DNA of 64,000 bases from contig NIVC01000020.1 of the NCBI GenBank assembly GCA_002269645.1, positions 620,001 to 684,000 on the forward strand. The letters run 5' to 3'. The position numbers were made by a program, and so were the translations under genes. The stretch's first letter is position 1, and each line of letters starts with the position of its first letter. This document shows, piece after piece, positions 57,601 through 64,000 of this stretch. Below the pieces are notes generated by a model. The model had not been told where the DNA came from. It saw only the letters and a program-made list of their open reading frames with translations, and searched no databases. The stretch comes from Macrostomum lignano (lineage: Eukaryota).

Positions 57601-57799
57601 AGCGCATGATGAGCACGGGCTGGCCGGGGTGGCACTCGATGCACTCGGAGTCCAGGCCGAGCTCGGCCGCCTGACCCCGCAGCCAGGCCACTGCGGAGCC
57701 GCAGTCCGGCCGCGGGTGCATCGTGTTGATGCGCAGGTACGCCCGGAAATTCTCCACGGCCTGCTGCCGCTCCGGCTCGCTCAGCACCAGCGGGGACGC
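54639..57799 (-). CDS. ACY1: Aminoacylase-1 (M20A), 3 exons, 406 aa, with no genomic ATG found at the 5' end
   Basis: Exons 57799-57350, 55919-55665 and 55154-54639 (phase 0; 1221 nt). Motifs FRAYLRINT, LLNSHMDVVP, IYARGAQDMK, PDEE|V, DEGLANP, IFPAATDSRYLR, LLHDHNEFL. Confidence 0.95.
55205..55650. repeat. 22-bp array (aaagtggcactcaataatgctc) x ~20 in ACY1 intron 2
   Basis: Direct reading. Confidence 0.95.
55957..57075. repeat. 45-bp array x ~24 with variant blocks in ACY1 intron 1; the main unit carries a GTGACAC-acgga-GTGTCAC hairpin
   Basis: Direct reading. Confidence 0.95.
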
Positions 57800-57854
57800 C
57801 TGCGGGAGTTCAGCATCTGGCCAATCTTCAATAATCTCAGTGCGCGGCAGCTTC

Positions 57855-58150
57855 CTATCATAGCCTTATCATATTCCAGCCTCCTGGCATAGCCTTATCA
57901 CATTCCAGCCTCTTGGCATAGCCTCATCACATTCCAGCCTCCTGGCATAGCCTCATCACATTCTAGCATCCTGTCATAGCCTCATCACATTCCAGCCTCC
58001 TGGCATAGCCTCATCACATTCCAGCATCCTGTCATAGCCTCATCACATTCTAGCATCCTGTCATAGCCTCATCACATTCCAGCCTCCTGGCATAGCCTCA
58101 TCACATTCTAGCCTCCTGCCATAGCCTCAATATTCCAGTCTCCTATCATA
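57855..58150. repeat. 29-bp array x ~10 upstream of ACY1
   Basis: Unit tagcctcatcacattccagcctcctggca. Confidence 0.9.
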
Positions 58151-58519
58151 GCATAATCACATTTGTCTTATTTTAGTCTCAGAACATTAGTCTTGTACTC
58201 TAGAATAACCCATGGATAGCAAAATAAAATTTAATGACCAACCAGCAACAATTTTATCAAAATCTCAAATCTCAAATCTCAAAATCGATTAACCAAAAAG
58301 GCAACCAAAAGGCTACTTTAAAATTTCCTGCCCTAATTGGCAAAATATTAATTAAAAAAATTGATTTTACTATAACACCAAAATCAATTTAATATTTTTA
58401 AAAAAGAAATATCTTCATCCTATATTTTAATACATTTAACTAAATATTCTTATACTTTAAATATCTGTAAAATATACAATGCTAAGTTATTATTAACTAT
58501 AATAACTATAATGCAATTT

Positions 58520-58700
58520 GCATCAAGGGTTCACTTCTTGACCTATTTAGAACAATTTGTGTCCTTGAGCAAGGCACTTAACTTTGCATTGCTTTAGTTC
58601 ACCTAAAAATAGGTGCCAGCATTAAGCTGGGATAATTGAAGATATGTGTGACAACCCCCAATCCTTGGATAGAACAGTGTATATGGCCTTCAGATCATAT
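58520..58700 (+). mobile_element. Possible decayed tRNA-derived SINE
   Basis: B-box-like GGTTCACTTC followed by GTGTCCTTGAGCAAGGCACTTAAC (58559-58582), a motif I recall from many metazoan SINEs; boundaries unclear. Confidence 0.3.
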
Positions 58701-58794
58701 ATGTGCAACAGTCGGCTGAGTCGGCCAATCTGGCCGACTGATTTGGCAGCCAACCAAGGAAGTTGCAAAAATGCCCACCCGAAAAAATAGTAGT

Positions 58795-58856
58795 ACTAAG
58801 TAGCTGACGAGGCATTTTGGCTTAGTAAGACAGTCATAGTTACTCCCGCCGTTTAC
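58795..58856 (-). pseudogene. Isolated ~62-bp fragment of eukaryotic 28S rRNA spanning the R2/I-PpoI target region
   Basis: Minus strand GTAAACGGCGGGAGTAACTATGACTGTCTTACTAAGCCAAAATGCCTCGTCAGCTACTTAGT versus recalled 28S GTAAACGGCGGGAGTAACTATGACTCTCTTAAGGTAGCCAAATGCCTCGTCATCTAATTAGT. Confidence 0.8.
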
Positions 58857-60046
58857 ATATACCAGTAAGCCAATATACCGCTCAGGCCAGAATAACAGTA
58901 AACGCTACTGGAATAACAAGAGAATGATACTTGTAAAGGCTAAATAGTATTCTAAGAATAATTCACAGACCAAGTACTCAGATTTATGCTCAGATAAATA
59001 CTCAGATAAGTACTCAGATATATACTTAGACTAATTCCAAGAACCATTTCTCAGACTTTTTCTAAGATTAATAAACTTATAATTTATTAATAGAATATTG
59101 TCTTGGTGGCAGCTACCAACATTTATAAAGACAGAAAATTAGGCCCCGTGACAACTTTAGTGACAGCTGTGGAAGCATTTGTAGGGACAGAAGTTACCCT
59201 TGTTTCAACTTTGGTAGTAACGGTGGGATTGTTCATAAAGACAGAGGAATAACCACTGTTACAAACCTTTTTTCTTTCACTTTTCCTCTATCATATTCTG
59301 TTTTCTTAGGCTTTTTTATCTTTTATCTTTTTTTCAATTTATTTTTTATCTTTTTATGCTTTTTTCCTAGTATTTCTTTTTAATTATTTTTTCTATTATT
59401 TAACTATTTTTTATTCTTTAAATTTCCCTTTGTTTTTTTAGAAAACATTTCATATATTTAATTTTTGATATTCGATTGCACTTTACTAAATTTGCATATT
59501 AGGCTTTTCATAAAGATCAATTCCAGAATTAGAATTGGTAGGAAAATGAAGTGTCAATTTTTCTGTTTTTATTTAACCATATTACTACTCAAAAGATAAA
59601 AATATTACTATCTAAAATGTGGCCTATACTTTTGAGTTTTAAGTATTTATTTTGAAATGTTTAAAATGTTATTTTAAATTCATCCTGTTCTTTCCATAGA
59701 AATACAACAATAGATCAAGAAAATTTCTTAAACCAAGTTCTAGAATCAAATTACTGTTCTAGAACCAATTCTAAAATGGAATAGACAAAATGAAAAGCTT
59801 TGAATTGATTCTTGTTTGGAATTGGTAATATGAAAAGCCTATGATCATCTTGCCTAAATACTTTTTATTAGACCCTAACATTTTCCCTATTATAGCCAAT
59901 GCCCAATGGCCATTTTTGCAGATAGCATTTAATACAAATTGGCCTTATTAGTGCAGGTATAATCTGGCACACTGTTATAATATAGCATAAAAAAGGGAAG
60001 TATCTAGCATAGTTAAGTTTTAGACCTTGGCTGCAATAGAGATATT

Positions 60047-60756
60047 TTGGCATTCTTCTCGAATCATTTGTTAAACTATTCTTTCAATGTTTTTTGCATT
60101 TTCTCCACTTTAAAAGCTGGTTTTTTTCACATGTTTAGACATCTCCTAACCTATTAAAAACAGAAAAATTAACAACTTTTTTAGCACCTTTTTCTATCTT
60201 TATGAATTTCTAACAATTCCCAACAATTCAAGGGCAGCCTCCTAGCATGGTGTTATACTAGACTTAATGATTGGTTAATGGTCTTAGCAAGAACTAATTA
60301 GCAGCAAGACCATAAGTCTGAGTGCTTAGACTTTCCTTCTCTCTAACCAACTTATCCCTTTGGACCATAGACTCCCAACAAGCATCAGTGCCATGTCAGA
60401 CAATGTGTTGGATTTGTACTTTTTGTTTTGCAATTCAGTCTCATACTTTTCAGTTAGCCAACTCCTTTTGTCTACCATGTTCTTCTTTAAAGACAATCCT
60501 AGCTATTAATTTACCATAGATATTTTAGCTAACCTATTGGCTATCATAGTATAAATACAAGTTTAACTTGTGCCCTTCACTTCTTTTTTGTCCCATTCAG
60601 TCTAAAGATAGAAAAATACTTAAATAACAATTGTTGATTTTACTATTTTAATAGCTTGGGAGATATCCAAACATGTTAAAATCAGCTTCTACAGTGGAGA
60701 AAATGCAAAAGAACATTGAAAAAAAAGTTTAACGGATAATTTGAGAAGAATGCCAA
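60047..60756. mobile_element. MITE-like non-autonomous element with ~155-bp imperfect inverted repeats (60047-60202 and 60603-60756)
   Basis: ttggcattcttctc...tttctatcttta matches the reverse complement of taaagatagaaaa...gagaagaatgccaa; ~400-bp interior without a clear ORF. Confidence 0.65.
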
Positions 60757-62261
60757 TATTTTTATATATATAACTTTTTTAATCTTATATTTACAAATAT
60801 AAATTATATTATAGTCCTATAGATATTAATATTAATACTTGTAATTTAAATTTAAACTTATATACAAGTTTTATAGTTTTTTAGAAGGCCTTTATATGAA
60901 AAGATAACACAGTTGGTATCTTTAATCAATCTTAATTAAAGTTTGATAAATATATTTAAGGCTAAGCATTTTTTATTCATTTTTTATTTATTTGCAAAAA
61001 ACTACTTTTGAAAAAAATGGCTAGCAATATCCTAGTTTCTATGTTAAATCATTTTTATCCATTTTTATTTAACTATTTTCAACCTCACATTTATCAATCA
61101 TTACATCATTGCATGCATTCCTTTTAACTTGATAAAATAAAAATATAATTTCAGTCATAGCCTAATGCCAATAGCCCACAATATATGAAAATTCATCAAA
61201 ATATGATACAAACATAACAATAACAAAAAAGTTCTGTTTATTACAAGGTTTCATACTTGCTAGATAAAATAAAATAAAATGAATAACTTCTCTTTTGTTT
61301 TAGACTGCAATTATCTTATCTGAAACATACATATAAGGTGCTGAATTCCCGATTCCCCCACCGATATTTCAAGTGATGAAATCTACTAAAAAACAAAGCT
61401 TTTAATAAACTTCTAGCTTTAGTGCAGGCCTTTCCCTGTCTGTAGACATCGTAGTGAGGCTATGCTGTCTCTGCTCTGCTTTTAGTTTTATGATCTTATC
61501 GGTCTGTACTTTACTCTCTACTTTATCTTTACTTTGTACGTACCCTTTCCAGACTGTGTATATTATATGCCCAGTTAGTTAATCAATATTAAACCCCTAA
61601 AGGCTAAAGTTAGCTTAATAAAATATTAGCTTAACCAACCAACGCTGCAACGCTGCTAGCACCGACCCGCTGAGATAATAGGCGTAGATTAGTAAGTAGT
61701 AGTAAGTTGGCTCAGGCAAGAAGCCTGTTTGGCCAATATATTTCTGTGTATAGTGTATTTAAGATTACTTCAGGAATAGGAGACAATATTTTAGCACTAG
61801 TTATTTAATTATGATTAGTACGAGTTTTGCAATATGGTATTTTAAAAGAACGCGGAAATGTTATTGACGATACTTGGACGACTAACGAAGCGAAAGAAAA
61901 AGCAAGGATTTAAAAAAGTATTGCGTGAAATTTATGTATGTAGTTGTATTGCACGAAGCAGCTTAGTCCTTACGTTATAAAAGCAAATTTATATAGATAT
62001 TAATTAGATGACAACAAAATTGAATACAATATAAAATTTGAAAGAGCGTGAAAAACGAACGAAAAATGAACAAAAACGAACTTCGAAAGAACTTTACGTT
62101 AAACGAATAACGACGATTTAAATAGGTATTAGATAGGAAACTAATTAAATACTAATTAAATGCTAATTAAATAGGAAATTAAAAAGACAGTAAATGAATA
62201 AACAAAAGAAAAGCGGATTTATTACACTGCTGATATGTCTGTTTCAGTTTGCATAACTGTT

Positions 62262-64000
62262 TTAGCTATTCATGACTTCATATATTTTAGCTACACCAGT
62301 GAGCTCTTTTCTGATTCTTTTTTCATTTGTAGCATATCCTAACTTGTGTACTTGCTTGTCATTTAAGAGGTACTGACAGAAGTATTTTTTTCTGATCTTT
62401 TCAGTTTGCGGACATTCGGTCAAGTAGTGTAGGATATCGGAACCATTTCTCGCTCCACACAGTCTACATGCTTCATGGGAGAAAATGTTGGGTGTAATTT
62501 CGCATTTCAGTTTTAGGAGGGTTGTTAGGAATTTTTTGTTTCTAAAAGTGCATGGAAAGTAATCTGAAAGGTCGGGCCTGCAGATTTTTTTGTAGAGATA
62601 GGCGTTTTTGTAGAGTTTAATATGTTGCTGATTCTCTAGCTTTTGACTAAGTTCTCTCTCTCTGTGTGTATCTTGAGGTGCTTTTTCACTAGGTATTTCT
62701 CGTTATTAAAGCTTTGGGAAAGTTTATCTTCAGTTAGTGCTTTTAAGTCTATACTTTCCAGTTTCTTTAGTACATTTGTTTTCCATGGATTTTTTTGGCT
62801 GGTGTTTGAGTAGAAAATTTCTAGTGTCGTTTGGCAGAGTTTTTTGTGTCTAATCTTCAGCCAGTAGATGAGGTAGGTTTTAGCGATTCGTTGGGAGATT
62901 GGAGTAAGCTCAAGTTCTGATGATATCACACTGTTGCTAGCAAATTTTGGTAGGTTGAGGAGATATTTGTAGAATTTCAGCTGAATGTTATCAATAGCTT
63001 TTGTTTCAGAAATGGTAGCCAGAGGGCCCCAGAGCTCACAGCCGTACGTGATAACGGGGGTGACAAGCGCGTCGAATAGTCTGCGAATGAGTGTGATGTC
63101 CAGGGACGTATTTTTTACCTTGTGGAGTAGGGAAAACATGGCTGTATATCCCTGCTTAGTTTGATGTTCAATACATTTTTTAAAGCTGTTTTTTGGTTCA
63201 AAAATAATTCCCAGGTATTTAAATTCATTTACTTCCTCTATTTCTTGGTTGTCGTAGATTATTTTTGTAGCAAAGCTTTCTGTGTCGTTTTTTTGCCTGG
63301 TACTGCCCTGCATAAACTTTGTTTTGCTTGCATTTACTTCAAGCATTCAAGCATTCAAGCATTTACTTTCAAGTAGTTTTGCTTGCAGTAATTTTCCATA
63401 GTCGTAAATGTGTCTTGGAGTTCGTCTTTGTTTTTAGCTAGAATGGCTTGATCGTCTGCAAAGAGCAGGATGAGTGGGAAAGCAGTTCTCGAAAGAGAGC
63501 GCCTAGCGCTAGAGAGTTCAAGATATTCAACAATGTCGTCAATATATAGTTCAAAAAGAATGGTAGAGAGAGGGTTGCCTTGAAGAACACCTTTAGATAT
63601 TGGGATTGGCTGGGTTTCATCATCATCATCATCTTTTTTTAGAATGAAGCAGGCATTTTTATGCATGTTCTTGATAAGTTCCGTCATTTGACCTTTAATA
63701 CCCTGGTTATCCGTTTTGTGCCAAAGGGTTGGTTGGTTTAAGCTATCGAAGGCTTTTTCATAGTCAACAAATCCGATAAGGAGTTCTTCTTTGTTGTAGA
63801 TGGATTGGTTTATAATGTTGTAAAGATTAAAACATTGGTCGATTGTGCTGTGATTGGGCTTGAAACCGTATTGGTATTTTGATATAAGATTGTTTGCGTA
63901 TGCTAGGTTTTCGAGTCTGGATTTAATAATTTGGCAAAAGAGCTTGCCAAAAATTGGTTGGATGCAGATTCCTCTGTAATTGTTGGGGTCGGCATTGCTG
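62262..64000 (-). mobile_element. Non-LTR retrotransposon ORF2 (RT plus C-terminal CCHC), disrupted; continues beyond the window
   Basis: NYRGICIQP, QYGFKP, FVDYEKAFDS, KGVLQGNPLS, LLFADD, EFKYLG and CRLCG..HYLTECP; 29-bp insertion near 63330-63370 and a further break near 62636. Confidence 0.92.

Noticed and set aside
58795-58856. Functional rRNA gene
   Set aside because: Only ~62 bp, with substitutions and indels in an otherwise invariant region.
60300-60520. Possible recombinase or transposase fragment inside the MITE-like element
   Set aside because: No convincing motif in any frame.

Overview
Eukaryotic (metazoan) genomic DNA, not prokaryotic: GC-rich exons with GT-AG introns, and most longer introns and intergenic gaps carry their own tandem array. 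The style is consistent with a flatworm such as Macrostomum (inference only). Left half, + strand: two tandem paralogs of a secreted, GPI-anchored protein built from 6-7 Cys-rich three-finger (Ly6/uPAR-like) modules. Copy 1 (830-4759) is 5'-incomplete and has an apparent 1-nt frameshift; copy 2 (14613-29598) is complete, 9 exons, 604 aa. Between them lie remnants of an LTR+PBS, a DIRS-type element and a P-element-type transposase. Copy 2 intron 4 holds a very recent 9-kb Ty3/Gypsy element (17172-26164, - strand, GTAT target duplication). Both of its LTRs contain a second tRNA-Leu primer-binding site and a second att end, and its integrase frame runs on into a ~245-aa non-env extension. Right half, - strand: five co-oriented genes: ACY1, a PSKH-like pseudokinase (HRN), PITRM1, PQBP1 and a DUF4419 gene. 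The ACY1 CDS appears to lack only its initiator Met, consistent with an AUG donated by a spliced leader. Several arrays are amplified copies of gene punctuation: about 84 intact 5' splice sites in one DUF4419 intron, disabled donor and acceptor copies elsewhere, and amplified stop codons. The right end is AT-rich, with a 28S rRNA fragment covering the R2/I-PpoI site, a MITE-like element and a decayed LINE. All calls come from manual reading and motif recall; no database searches were run.
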